DNA of 64,000 bases from Bacteroidia bacterium (GTDB lineage: Bacteria > Bacteroidota > Bacteroidia > JADZBD01). The notes under the pieces were generated by a model, which saw only the letters and a program-made list of their open reading frames with translations, had not been told where the DNA came from and did no database searches. Shown one piece after another: positions 41,101 through 50,716 of this stretch. The position numbers and the translations under genes are program-made. The DNA lies in NCBI GenBank assembly GCA_020054095.1, contig JAGVMA010000044.1, positions 19,722 to 83,721 of the forward strand, in the 5' to 3' direction. Numbering within the stretch: the first letter of the stretch is position 1; each line of letters begins with the position of its first letter.

Positions 41101-41808
41101 GATTATATAATTACACTCTGCACGCAAATAAATGATGAGCAAAAGCCAGCCAATAATATTTAAGAAGTGAATAAATGTTAGCGATTGCTTGTCACTGCCG
41201 CGTGCGGTTGTAAAATCAAATGTGCAAAGGTATTTGCCATCGTTTGTTTTTATGGTGTTAGCGGCATTGCTATCGGCATATATAATTTGTATGTTTTTGT
41301 TTAAATCAAATTCGGGCTGATAGTTGTTTACTAAATAGTGGTTTTGGTAAGCGTATTCGTTTTTTAAAAGTATTAGCCCCACAACTTTAAAGCCGCCCAT
41401 GTTTTTTGACGATTGTAAAATTTCGAACCAACCGTTTTTTAATTGCACCACTCGCTCATCGTTACACAAATCGGAATAGGTGTTGCTAATCGGCATGAAA
41501 TTACTGCTCCAGTAAGCCAGCGAATCGTTATAAAATGCGAGAATGATAAAACCATCTTGCTCAAATAAGTTTTCGTGAGCCAATGCATAGTTGCTAAATA
41601 AATCAGCTGCGCTTTTGTCTTTTAACGCAAAGGCAAACAAGTCTATTTTTGTTTGCAGTAATTTTTCTTTTTCGTGCAGCTTTTTTTCAAATTTCCTGAT
41701 AACCGAATCGCGGGTTTCAAAATCGCTCATGCTTAAAAAATAAGCCGCCACAAAAAATACTACCGCAGTAAAAGCAATAATAAATCGGTTATAAAAAATA
41801 GATTTCAC
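38107..41808 (-). CDS. large multi-domain membrane sensor histidine kinase
   Basis: 1233 aa with many TM helices in three blocks separated by non-membrane (presumably extracytoplasmic) segments. HisKA (VAHEIKNPLTPM) and HATPase_c (DNGSGISDGVMEKIF...GMGLGL) domains. Confidence 0.8.
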   Translation of the reverse strand: MKSIFYNRFIIAFTAVVFFVAAYFLSMSDFETRDSVIRKFEKKLHEKEKLLQTKIDLFAFALKDKSAADLFSNYALAHENLFEQDGFIILAFYNDSLAYWSSNFMPISNTYSDLCNDERVVQLKNGWFEILQSSKNMGGFKVVGLILLKNEYAYQNHYLVNNYQPEFDLNKNIQIIYADSNAANTIKTNDGKYLCTFDFTTARGSDKQSLTFIHFLNIIGWLLLIIYLRAECNYIIRKRGALIGIFSFIVFIFSFRLLSIFIHFPHSFYESDLFGPQYYGDASSFWLQSLGDFLINVFLIFYATWYACKNTGAEQLLAIKNKNYKHIILALLFLTLWFVSKKISDVFVGLFQNSSISFNINDVFSLSFYSYCSFFIMGLVLFSYFLVLNKTIMLLAHSLASNSILKTIFVLTIAIHVIICHLLGLRDLILILWAPVLFLMAITFKHKKTNGYVFFGSVTMLSLLTFYAVHVLIKHRDLKDIESRKIYVQKLADEQDPFAEYFFIDIEKKIAADTNLINTIQLSGSEFGKLFTEKYFTGYWEKYDVKVCVFDTMCFPIFIGSNPNRDNHEYYEQSIRDVGLSAESQNYFAIENSSGKLNYIAKIPLYKDREQVQLYGHIYIELESKFVSEEIGFPELLLDREIGLNHLLNGYSYAKYKNERLINRFGKFNYSVSDQSFHSQSADTLIKNFENYNHVIHNTEGNTLVVLSKQNEGWRGFVTGFSYLFTFFSIILLVALSLRQASRGFVFSQMSFKYRIQLLLVLIVLLSLVLFGSGTIYYIKQQYETKNSEHISEKIHSVLIELEGKIGNDFTQTQNFREYTSYLLNKFSNVFFTDINLYDLNGNLFASSRPKIFDEGLISTKMNPIAFLNIAEHKRSEYIHDENIGKLNYISAYLPFYNRDGNLIAYLNLPYFAKQSELEKEISTFLVALINIYVLLFGLSIVVAIFISNYLTKPLKLVREKLSQIKLGKANEPIYWKQHDEIGQLVGEYNRMIAELSKSAEMLGRSERESAWREMAKQVAHEIKNPLTPMKLSIQHMQRLINDKSPDIETKIKKLAKTLIEQIETLSNIATEFSNFAKMPKANNEVVLIHDIIYNSVQLHRNTSDCEIIFTSVISEETKLFADKDQLVRVLNNLIKNATQAIPENRKGLINVALRKTENQILITVKDNGSGISDGVMEKIFVPNFTTKSTGMGLGLAMVKNIIESANGKIWFETKIDEGTTFYVSLPEHNDSN

Positions 41809-41937
41809 TAGGATGGCAAAGTTACTAATTATGGTGCTTGTTTATTTTTTGGATTAATACCGCCTATAATTATTTTACAGCACAGTACACAATTATTTTT
41901 AGCGGTATTTACCAATTGCCCCACACTTTCTCCACAC

Positions 41938-41973
41938 ATAAATAAAAATTAGCTTGCACTAATTTTTATTTAT
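41938..41973. promoter_or_regulatory. perfect 15-bp inverted repeat with 6-bp spacer (candidate operator) in a divergent promoter region
   Basis: ataaataaaaattag-cttgca-ctaatttttatttat, about 25-60 bp upstream of the 41996 start codon. Confidence 0.4.
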
Positions 41974-41995
41974 AATTGGTATAAATTTGCAACGT

Positions 41996-43915
41996 ATGTC
42001 TAAAAAGAAAAATAAACTAACAAATACTGCACCACAACAAAAATTGCAGCCGGAAATTAAACCCCATTTTTTTTCTTTTCTCGATACATTTAAAAAACAA
42101 GCTATTGCGCTAATCATAATTGGTTTTGTTTTAAATATAAACACGATTTACAATCAATATGCGTTGGACGATGGCATTGTGCTGGTAAAAAACAAATCGG
42201 TGCAAAATGGTTTTGCGGGCATAAAAGATATTTTAACCACCGATGCTTACTATGGTTTTTATAAAGAGATGAATGCCGAAAACCAATTGCAGGGCGGAAG
42301 ATACAGGCCGCTTTCAATTGTAACATTTGCCATTGAGCAGCAATTGTTTGGCGATAATACTTTTGTGCGCCATTTTTTTAATGTAGTTTTTTACCTGTTA
42401 TCGGTGGTGCTTTTGCTCAAATTACTTTCGAAGTATTTACTAAAACACTTGCCCGACATTGCATTTTTAACCTGCCTGCTTTTTTTAATACACCCATTGC
42501 ACACCGAAGTGGTAGCAAACATTAAAAGCCGCGATGAAATTTTTTCTTTCCTCTTCATCATGCTCACATTTATTTATTTGTTTCGTTATACGGAAAGCAA
42601 AACGCAGAAAGATTTAGTGTTTGCTGCGGGCAGTTATTTTTTGGCACTGCTATCAAAAGAGTGGGGCATAACGCTGGTGGCGCTTGTGCCGCTTTCGTTA
42701 ATTGTATTTAAAAAAGAAAACATCAGCAATGCCATTTATAAATGCATTCCGTTTTTTATTGTAGCATTTGTTTACCTATTAATGCGTGTAAAATTTGTGG
42801 GCTTAGGCAGTAATCAAGAAAACACCGAAATATTAAACAATCCGTTTTACTTGGCTACTGCATCCGAAAAAATGGCAACACAAATTTTTGTACTACTTAA
42901 GTATTTGCTGCTCCTTTTGTTTCCGCACCCACTTTCTGCAGATTATTCTTACAATACCATTTACTATCGCAACTTTGCAAGCCCCGATGTTTTAATGAGC
43001 ATAGCCGTTTACATTGGCATAATTGTTTGGGGAATTTATTTGTACAATAAAAAACATCCGCTTGCATTTGCACTTGCGTTTTTTTTGGCGCACTTGGCGC
43101 TGGTTTCTAATTTTATTTTTGATATAGGCGCCAGCATGGGCGAGCGCTTGGTTTATCATTCTTCGCTGGGCATAGTACTTATTGTAGCTTGGGGCATAGT
43201 GCAGTTGTGCGAAAAATATTTTATGCAACAAAAAAACATACTACTCCTAATTATAACGCCCATTGTTTTACTAAGCGGTTACAAAACTATAACGCGCAAT
43301 GCCGAATGGAAAAACGATAAAACACTTTTTATTACCGATGCCAAAACAGTACCGCACAGCATTATGGCAAATGGCAATGCCGGCAAATCGTTTATTGAAA
43401 TGGCCGAAGAAGCAAAAAAAGAAAACGATACCATTTTGCAATACCAATTGTTAGACAGTGCCGATTTTTATTTAAGGCGCTCCATTAAAAATCATCCGAA
43501 AAACGGTTATTATTTGGGCTACTTAAATTTGGGTTACATCTATTTTATAAAAACCAATTACGATAGCTGCGAATATTTTTGGAACATGGCAGCTAAAACA
43601 TTTCCGCGTGAGCGCCACCGCGATTTTTGGAAAACTTACGATGTGCCGCTTGCCAATGTATATCACGTAAAAGGCAACCAGGCGGGTGTAAAAAAAGATT
43701 TTATAGCAGCAGCCGCACATTTAGAAAAAGCAGTTTTTTATCAGCCCAATAATTCACTTTACTGGACAGACCTGGGCGGAGCCAACTACGAAAACAAAAA
43801 CTACCAGCGTGCTTACGAGTGCTGGACCCGAGCCGTGCAGTTAGACCCTGCTAACAAGCAAGCCCAAGGCGGATTAAATGCGCTGCAATATTTTAATCAG
43901 GAGCAGAAAAAATAG
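41996..43915 (+). CDS. polytopic membrane protein with C-terminal TPR repeats (PMT/ArnT-like glycosyltransferase-fold candidate)
   Basis: About 11 TM helices over 420 aa, followed by TPR-like repeats (YLGYLNLGYIYF..., YQRAYECWTRAVQLDP). Confidence 0.45.
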   Translation: MSKKKNKLTNTAPQQKLQPEIKPHFFSFLDTFKKQAIALIIIGFVLNINTIYNQYALDDGIVLVKNKSVQNGFAGIKDILTTDAYYGFYKEMNAENQLQGGRYRPLSIVTFAIEQQLFGDNTFVRHFFNVVFYLLSVVLLLKLLSKYLLKHLPDIAFLTCLLFLIHPLHTEVVANIKSRDEIFSFLFIMLTFIYLFRYTESKTQKDLVFAAGSYFLALLSKEWGITLVALVPLSLIVFKKENISNAIYKCIPFFIVAFVYLLMRVKFVGLGSNQENTEILNNPFYLATASEKMATQIFVLLKYLLLLLFPHPLSADYSYNTIYYRNFASPDVLMSIAVYIGIIVWGIYLYNKKHPLAFALAFFLAHLALVSNFIFDIGASMGERLVYHSSLGIVLIVAWGIVQLCEKYFMQQKNILLLIITPIVLLSGYKTITRNAEWKNDKTLFITDAKTVPHSIMANGNAGKSFIEMAEEAKKENDTILQYQLLDSADFYLRRSIKNHPKNGYYLGYLNLGYIYFIKTNYDSCEYFWNMAAKTFPRERHRDFWKTYDVPLANVYHVKGNQAGVKKDFIAAAAHLEKAVFYQPNNSLYWTDLGGANYENKNYQRAYECWTRAVQLDPANKQAQGGLNALQYFNQEQKK

Positions 43916-43928
43916 AGCATGATTTGCC

Positions 43929-43957
43929 TGCAATACATCATGCAGACAGTTTTTTTA
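43929..43957 (+). terminator. rho-independent terminator
   Basis: ctgca-atacatca-tgcag hairpin followed by T7. Confidence 0.5.
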
Positions 43958-44445
43958 TTTATGCGCTGCCTGCATTAATTTATCCAAGTTTTTTTGTAAG
44001 AGAGAGGTGAGGCAGATTGATAACTGTGGCTCACCGATGCTCAACTGTGTTAGGCTGATAGCTGATAAGGTTGGGTTGGCGCTCAACTTGGTTCCCCGAT
44101 GCATAAGAGTTATGTAAACCGATAACGAACATGGTTAAACCGATGCGCGATTAGGGCAGACGGATTGTAAGGATATGTGAACTTAGATGTGTGCGAACTA
44201 GAAGCAAGCATTATCTTCCCTCGCTCTCCGGAGGAGAGTGAGATTAAGCAGACAACAAGGCAAAAGCAAAACTAAATAGCCCCTCCTTCGGCAGGCTCAG
44301 TGTGACAGCGCGCAACTTATAGTGTGAAGCGGGAGCAAAGTTTACTACAATGCACTGCACTTGCGTTTCAAAATAAAATATCCTCACCGCCCTTCCGTTC
44401 ATATATAACAGAACCATTGCTAAATGCTATCTTAGCGGGCAGAAA

Positions 44446-46293
44446 ATGAAAAGCATAATAAGGATACTCGCTTTTGCTAAAAATTACAAACGCTATGCGG
44501 TGTTAAACGTGGTGTTTAATGTGCTGTCGGTTATATTCTCTATGTTTTCGGTGGCTATGCTTTACCCGTTTTTGCAAGTATTATTTAGTGATGATGATGC
44601 CAAGCTGCAACAATATGTGGCTAATGGTGTACCATCAATTGGTTTTTCGGCCGAAGGTATTTTAAATTATGCCAATTATTATTTGGCAAAAATATCGCTT
44701 GAGCGTGGGCGCATGGATGCGCTGGTTTATATCTGCCTGTTTGTAATCATCAGCATTTTCTTTAAAAACCTTTTCAGGTATTTGGCCATGTATTTTTTGG
44801 CGCCCATTCGCAATGGTATTGTAATGGATTTACGCAATTCATTGTTTGATAAAACCATGAAACTATCGCTATCGTTTTACTCTAACGAGCGCAAAGGCGA
44901 TATAATGGCACGCATGACGGCCGATGTAAAAGAAGTGGAATTTAGTGTAATGAACTCGCTCGAAATGATGTTCAGAGACCCTATAAACATATTGGTGTTT
45001 TTGGTGATGATGATTACATTGAGTTTTAAATTATCGCTATTTGTATTTGTAATGCTGCCGCTAACGGGTTTAATAGTGGGCCGCATTGCCAAGAGCTTGC
45101 GTAAAACATCGGTTAGGGAAAAAGAAGAAATGGGTTTTTTGCTTTCCATCATTGACGAAACATTATCGGGCATGCGCATCATCACGGCATTTAATGCGCA
45201 GCAAAGCATGCGAGCAAAATTCAGGAAATCTAATTCATCGTACACCAAGTACATGGTTTCGGTTTATCGCAAAACCGATTTATCATCGCCTTTGAGCGAA
45301 TTTTTGGGCGTTAGCGTTTTGGTATCGGTCATGTATTTTGGTGGTTTGCTGGTGCTGGGCAATAACCCAAGCATGACGGGCGCTATTTTTATAACCTATA
45401 TTGGCTTGTTTGCACAATTGATACAACCTGCCAAATCGTTCACCACGGCTTATTACAATATTCAAAAAGGCATTGCATCGCTCGAGCGGATAAATACCAT
45501 TTTAGATGCCGATGAAACGATAAAAGAAAACGCAACTGCAAAAAGCACAAGCACATTTGAACGCGAAATATTGTTTAACAACGTATCGTTTGAATATCAG
45601 CGGGGCGATAACGGCTATGTGCTAAAAGATGTAAACCTTAAAATAGAAAAAGGAAAATGTATAGCACTGGTGGGACAATCGGGCTCGGGTAAATCTACAT
45701 TGGCTGATATGTTGCCGCGCTTTTATGATGTGAACAAAGGCGAAGTGCTGATAGATGGAACCAATGTGAAAGATTTAAAGCTAAACGATTTGCGCTCGCT
45801 GATGGGCATTGTTTCGCAAGAATCAATTTTATTTAACGATACCGTGTTTAACAACATAGCATTTGGCATAGATAACGCCACCGAAGCCGATGTAATAGCT
45901 GCCGCCAAGGTGGCTAATGCCGATGAGTTTATTACTAAAATGCCGAATGGTTATTACACCAATATAGGTGATAGAGGCAATAAAATGTCGGGTGGGCAGC
46001 GGCAGCGCTTAAGCATAGCACGAGCGGTCTTAAAAAATCCCCCTGTATTAATATTAGATGAGGCCACATCGGCATTAGATACCGAATCGGAACGATTAGT
46101 ACAAGATGCACTTAACAAGCTGATGAAAAACCGAACTTCAATAATCATAGCACACAGGTTATCTACCATCATCCATGCCGATGAAATAATAGTGCTGCAA
46201 AAAGGTGAAATAACAGAGCGTGGTAATCACCAGCAGCTATTGGCAAAAAACGGGACTTATAAAAAGCTACACGATTTGCAGACTTTTGTCTGA
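44446..46293 (+). CDS. ABC transporter permease/ATP-binding fusion (MsbA-like exporter)
   Basis: Six-TM domain followed by an NBD with Walker A (GQSGSGKST), signature (LSGGQRQRL) and Walker B (ILILDEATSALD). Confidence 0.85.
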   Translation: MKSIIRILAFAKNYKRYAVLNVVFNVLSVIFSMFSVAMLYPFLQVLFSDDDAKLQQYVANGVPSIGFSAEGILNYANYYLAKISLERGRMDALVYICLFVIISIFFKNLFRYLAMYFLAPIRNGIVMDLRNSLFDKTMKLSLSFYSNERKGDIMARMTADVKEVEFSVMNSLEMMFRDPINILVFLVMMITLSFKLSLFVFVMLPLTGLIVGRIAKSLRKTSVREKEEMGFLLSIIDETLSGMRIITAFNAQQSMRAKFRKSNSSYTKYMVSVYRKTDLSSPLSEFLGVSVLVSVMYFGGLLVLGNNPSMTGAIFITYIGLFAQLIQPAKSFTTAYYNIQKGIASLERINTILDADETIKENATAKSTSTFEREILFNNVSFEYQRGDNGYVLKDVNLKIEKGKCIALVGQSGSGKSTLADMLPRFYDVNKGEVLIDGTNVKDLKLNDLRSLMGIVSQESILFNDTVFNNIAFGIDNATEADVIAAAKVANADEFITKMPNGYYTNIGDRGNKMSGGQRQRLSIARAVLKNPPVLILDEATSALDTESERLVQDALNKLMKNRTSIIIAHRLSTIIHADEIIVLQKGEITERGNHQQLLAKNGTYKKLHDLQTFV

Positions 46294-46390
46294 TTTTATT
46301 GCTGCCATCAGCGTAACTATTGTATGCCGCTGTTCGTTTTAGTTTTTGTAAATTTGCACATCAATAAAAAACAACCCTAAAACATAAATC

Positions 46391-47428
46391 ATGAAAAAAC
46401 AACTACTTTTTGCATCACTTGCATTTGCATTTACTGCAAAGGCACAAATTACATTAGTGGAGTGGGACGTAGCTCCGGTAGGCACACAGCTTGTGCAAGA
46501 CCAAGATACAATTCCTAACGTGCAGCCCGGCTCATCAGGTGCTAATGCCGTTTGGAATTTTATTAATGTGGTTCCACACACAACTAGCAATATAAGTGTT
46601 ACCAACCCTAACTGGACACCATACAGTTCGGAAATGCAGGGCTCAAACTTGGCATTTGACTTAGGCCAGCAAACCTATTTTTACCTTAATAACACTTCTA
46701 ATGGGCTTTTTGCAATTGGGCAAGCAGGCGATTTTGGTCTTGGGCCAATGGCAATTAGACTTGACGACCAAGAGCAACTATTAAAATTCCCGATGACTTA
46801 TAATACAAGCTTTAATGATACTTCGCTTGTAGATTTTACTACATTTTTCGGACAACAAGGAATAGATTCTGTTCGCATAGTTCAATACAAAACCAAAACA
46901 GTGAATGTAGATGGCTGGGGAAACATCACCACTCCGCTTGGCACATTTACGTGCTTGCGACAAAAAAACTATAGCATCACCACTACCGATATTTACGGCT
47001 ATGTAATGTTTGTTGGCTGGCAACCGCTACAAAGCCAAGTGGATACTAACTACCAATTTGAGTGGTGGACACAAAACAAAGGTTATGCAGTAATGAGCAT
47101 GGATAGTGCGGTGGATGGAACCATTTCAAATGTTAATTGGTTATCGGCCAATCCGGCACCTAATGCTGTGGAAGAAAACAATGCAGCTGTAAGCATCGGG
47201 GTTTATCCTAATCCGGCTAACAGCGTAATTAGTTTTGATGTAACCAATGTCAATGCCGAGCAATTATCTATTACTGATATTACCGGCCGCGCAGTGCAAA
47301 CCATAAATGTGCAGCAAAACTTAATTAATATGAATGTTACCGATTTTGCCGCAGGCACTTATATCTATACCGTGCGCGATGCAAATGGCGCCATCGTTAC
47401 ATCGGGTAAGTTTAATGTAACCAAGTAA
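46391..47428 (+). CDS. secreted protein with type A T9SS C-terminal sorting domain
   Basis: Signal peptide. The C-terminus VYPNPANSVISFDV...GTYIYTV...FNVTK is a Por_Secre_tail pattern. Confidence 0.7.
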   Translation: MKKQLLFASLAFAFTAKAQITLVEWDVAPVGTQLVQDQDTIPNVQPGSSGANAVWNFINVVPHTTSNISVTNPNWTPYSSEMQGSNLAFDLGQQTYFYLNNTSNGLFAIGQAGDFGLGPMAIRLDDQEQLLKFPMTYNTSFNDTSLVDFTTFFGQQGIDSVRIVQYKTKTVNVDGWGNITTPLGTFTCLRQKNYSITTTDIYGYVMFVGWQPLQSQVDTNYQFEWWTQNKGYAVMSMDSAVDGTISNVNWLSANPAPNAVEENNAAVSIGVYPNPANSVISFDVTNVNAEQLSITDITGRAVQTINVQQNLINMNVTDFAAGTYIYTVRDANGAIVTSGKFNVTK

Positions 47429-47541
47429 TACTATTTTTTTAGCAAAAGCCTCGCTTCCATTCTGAACATATTTAATGGAGCCGGGCTTTTGCAATTTTAA
47501 AAAAGATTACTTACTTTTATTGACCTTTAAATAACAGAAAC

Positions 47542-48471
47542 ATGAAAAAACAATTACTATTAATAGCTACTGTTGCCTCATCACTAGCACTATTTGCACA
47601 ACAAAATGCAAGTTTTGAAACTTGGTCGTCAATATTTAATGCCCCCACACAACCCAATAACTGGGTTAGTGCAAATTTATTTGCATCACCACTTATTGAT
47701 GCTAACAACCCTACATCGGTATTTAAAGATTCGTTAGCGAATAAAACCAACGGACAGTATTCCATGAAAATTACCACAATAAAACTAACCACCAATCCCG
47801 ACCCGGCAGCAATCCCGGATACATTAGGATACGCTGCACAAGGAGTAGTGATCGTTCAGTTACCTACATTTAATATTTTAGATAGGTTACCATTCACTGG
47901 CCGTCCGGCAAATTTTAATTTCATGTACAAATACACACCAAGCGGTACCGACAGTGCATTTGCATACATAGAGCTAACAAAATGGAACACTACATTAATG
48001 CGCAGAGACACAATAGGCGCAATGGGATTTTTTATGTTAGCCTCAACTAATTTCGCTACCGGTGGAGGTTCGCTTATTTATAATCCATTGTATCCAAATA
48101 CATTCCCCGATAGTTTGCACATTTCTTTTTCATCAAGCAGCTACCTTACACCGCGCTTAGGCAGCACCATGTGGGTTGATGAAATTTCGCTTACAGGTTG
48201 GACAGGAATAAGCCAAATAGATGCCAATGCTTCTTATGTAAAAGCATTTCCTAACCCATCAAATAGTGCTGTAACCATTTCAGTTGATTTGCCTAATGCT
48301 AAACACATTACTATTTACAATCAACTTGGGCAAACAATGGGCACCAAGCAAATTAATGCCAAACAAATTATAATTGAAGCAAATACATTTGCTCCGGGCA
48401 ATTATTACTATTCCGTTACCGATGAAAACGGAACAGTAGTTGCCGGAAATACATTTACCATCACACATTAG
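47542..48471 (+). CDS. secreted protein with type A T9SS C-terminal sorting domain
   Basis: Signal peptide. C-terminus AFPNPSNSAVTISV...YYYSVTDENG...FTITH. Confidence 0.7.
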   Translation: MKKQLLLIATVASSLALFAQQNASFETWSSIFNAPTQPNNWVSANLFASPLIDANNPTSVFKDSLANKTNGQYSMKITTIKLTTNPDPAAIPDTLGYAAQGVVIVQLPTFNILDRLPFTGRPANFNFMYKYTPSGTDSAFAYIELTKWNTTLMRRDTIGAMGFFMLASTNFATGGGSLIYNPLYPNTFPDSLHISFSSSSYLTPRLGSTMWVDEISLTGWTGISQIDANASYVKAFPNPSNSAVTISVDLPNAKHITIYNQLGQTMGTKQINAKQIIIEANTFAPGNYYYSVTDENGTVVAGNTFTITH

Positions 48472-48480
48472 TTTTCACTA

Positions 48481-48512
48481 AAAAATACTCCGCCTTGGCG
48501 GAGTATTTTTTC
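48481..48512 (+). terminator. rho-independent terminator
   Basis: aaaaatactccgcc-tt-ggcggagtattttt. Confidence 0.65.
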
Positions 48513-48530
48513 ACCACTTAGGTTAAAAAA

Positions 48531-50621
48531 ATGTTAAGCAAAAAAAATTGGTTAGTTGTAGTTGTGCTTTGCAGCATTAATGCAGTAGCGCAAACTTATA
48601 CCAATACCATCGGTGGAACCATTGCAGATAACAATACTTATACATCTTATCCTATTTCAGTAAGCGGGTTAAATCCGGCAAACCTGAATACTAGCAGTTT
48701 TGGTTTAGAAAGTGTAACTATAAATATTGCGCACACAGCTGTGGGCGATTTGCGTATTAAATTAGAATCGCCCGATGGCAGCGAGTATGTACTCACTTCT
48801 TTTTTGGGCGGCACCGGCAATGATTATACAAATACAAATTTTACTGATACAGCAGCAAATTCTATTTCAGCAGGCACGGTTCCGTTTACCGGATATTTTA
48901 AACCCATAGATGCGCTCAGTAATTTTAACAATGGTCAAAACGGTAACGGCACTTGGAACTTAAATATTCGCGATCAAACAACAGGCAACACAGGCAGTGT
49001 AACATCGTGGAGTATAAAATTTAGTAACACCCCTGCGGGTTTTGTAAATTTCACATCATCTAATTTGCCCATCATAATCATTAATACTAATAACCAAGCT
49101 ATAGTTGATGACCCTAAAATATATTGCAACATGGGCATCATCTATAATGGTGTAGGCAACAGAAATTACATCACCGACCCACTTAACCATTACAACGGCC
49201 GCATAGGAATTGAGTTGAGAGGTTCAAGTTCGCAATGGTTTGATAAAAAGCCGTATGGATTTGAAACAGTGGATAACAATAATTTAGAATTAGACACCGC
49301 CTTACTTGGAATGCCGAGCGAACACGATTGGATTTTAAGTGCAAGCTACAGCGATAAAACATTTTTACATAATCCGCTCAGTTACAAATTAGCAAACGAC
49401 ATGAACCGCTATGCACCACGCACACAATTTGTGGAGTTGGTAGTAAACGGAGATTACAAAGGCGTGTATACTTTGATGGAAAAAATAAAACGAGACGATG
49501 GCAGAGTGGATATTGCCAAGCTCGATTTGGATGATAATGCAGGCGATTCACTAACCGGTGGATACATTATTAAAGTAGATAAAACAACAGGCAGCGGTGG
49601 TGCAGGCTGGTACTCTAATTATGCTCCGGCAGTTAGCACAGGCGGTCAGCAAATTTATTTTCAATACGATTATCCGAGCGATGTAAACATTACGCCACAA
49701 CAGATAAATTATATTCAGCAGTATATAGATAGTTTTGAAACTGCACTTAACGGCCCTAATTTTGCTGATACTGCAATCGGGTACAAAAAGTACCTCAGCA
49801 CCTATTCATTCATTGATTATTTTTTGATTAACGAATTATCGCGCAATGTGGACGGTTACCGAATAAGCACATATTTACACAAAGAAAAAAACGGAAAAAT
49901 TAAAATGGGACCTGTATGGGATTATGATATTGCCTGGCACAATGCTGATTATTGCAATGGATCACTTACAACAGGATGGGCACATGAATTTGGTAACGAT
50001 TGTCCGGCCGATTCTTGGCAAGTCCCGTTTTGGTGGAGGCGTTTACTGCAAGACACTAACTATGCAAATAAACTCCGCTGCCAGTGGGACTATTTAAAAA
50101 CAAATATTTTAAGTTTGAGCGCAATTAATCAATACATAGATACCAATGCGGCATTGCTAAATGAATCGCAACAACGCAATTTTACTCGTTGGCCCATTTT
50201 GGGAGTTTATGTTTGGCCTAATCCATCGCCAATACCTACTTCTTATCAGGGAGAAATAACTCAGCTAAAACAATGGATTACCCAGCGCTGGAATTGGCTG
50301 GATGCAAATATCCCCGGCAATTGCTACACGCTTAGTACTCCAGAAACTATATTGCCCCAAAATAGCGTAAGTGTTTTCCCCAATCCATTCAATGCTAATT
50401 TTACTGTTGAATTTTACATGCTGCAAAACTCTGCTGTACAATTTGCGCTTTACAATATGCTGGGAGAAAAAATTTATACATCCACCAATAGGAATTACAA
50501 TGCAGGTGGTAACCAATTTTTGGTAAACACTGCCAGCTTAAACCTTAATAGTGGTATGTATTTATTGAAAATTACTTGCGGTAACACTGTTATTACCAAG
50601 CCACTGGTAAAAACCAATTAG
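48531..50621 (+). CDS. CotH-like (atypical kinase fold) secreted protein with N-terminal proprotein-convertase P-domain and T9SS C-terminal domain
   Basis: P-domain-like LESVTINIAHTAVGDLRIKLESPDGSEY. CotH-like core (GIELRGSSS..., ...VNGDYKGVYTL...). C-terminal VFPNPFNANFTVEF...GMYLLKI tail. Confidence 0.6.
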   Translation: MLSKKNWLVVVVLCSINAVAQTYTNTIGGTIADNNTYTSYPISVSGLNPANLNTSSFGLESVTINIAHTAVGDLRIKLESPDGSEYVLTSFLGGTGNDYTNTNFTDTAANSISAGTVPFTGYFKPIDALSNFNNGQNGNGTWNLNIRDQTTGNTGSVTSWSIKFSNTPAGFVNFTSSNLPIIIINTNNQAIVDDPKIYCNMGIIYNGVGNRNYITDPLNHYNGRIGIELRGSSSQWFDKKPYGFETVDNNNLELDTALLGMPSEHDWILSASYSDKTFLHNPLSYKLANDMNRYAPRTQFVELVVNGDYKGVYTLMEKIKRDDGRVDIAKLDLDDNAGDSLTGGYIIKVDKTTGSGGAGWYSNYAPAVSTGGQQIYFQYDYPSDVNITPQQINYIQQYIDSFETALNGPNFADTAIGYKKYLSTYSFIDYFLINELSRNVDGYRISTYLHKEKNGKIKMGPVWDYDIAWHNADYCNGSLTTGWAHEFGNDCPADSWQVPFWWRRLLQDTNYANKLRCQWDYLKTNILSLSAINQYIDTNAALLNESQQRNFTRWPILGVYVWPNPSPIPTSYQGEITQLKQWITQRWNWLDANIPGNCYTLSTPETILPQNSVSVFPNPFNANFTVEFYMLQNSAVQFALYNMLGEKIYTSTNRNYNAGGNQFLVNTASLNLNSGMYLLKITCGNTVITKPLVKTN

Positions 50622-50716
50622 TAGTAGTATCTGATTTGAGCCATTAATTCGAGTTAAATTTTCTTGCAATTAATCTACTTTAAGTGTAAATTAGCGCCAC
50701 TAAAAACTTATGTACC

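Noticed and set aside
43958-44445. RNase P RNA, tmRNA or SRP RNA in the ORF-free region
   Set aside because: No GGAAAGUCCGG / ACAGAAxCCGGCUUA (RNase P) motifs, no tag-peptide reading frame with a tRNA-like 3' end (tmRNA), and no GGAAGCAGCC domain IV motif (SRP) were seen. The region remains an unclassified candidate.
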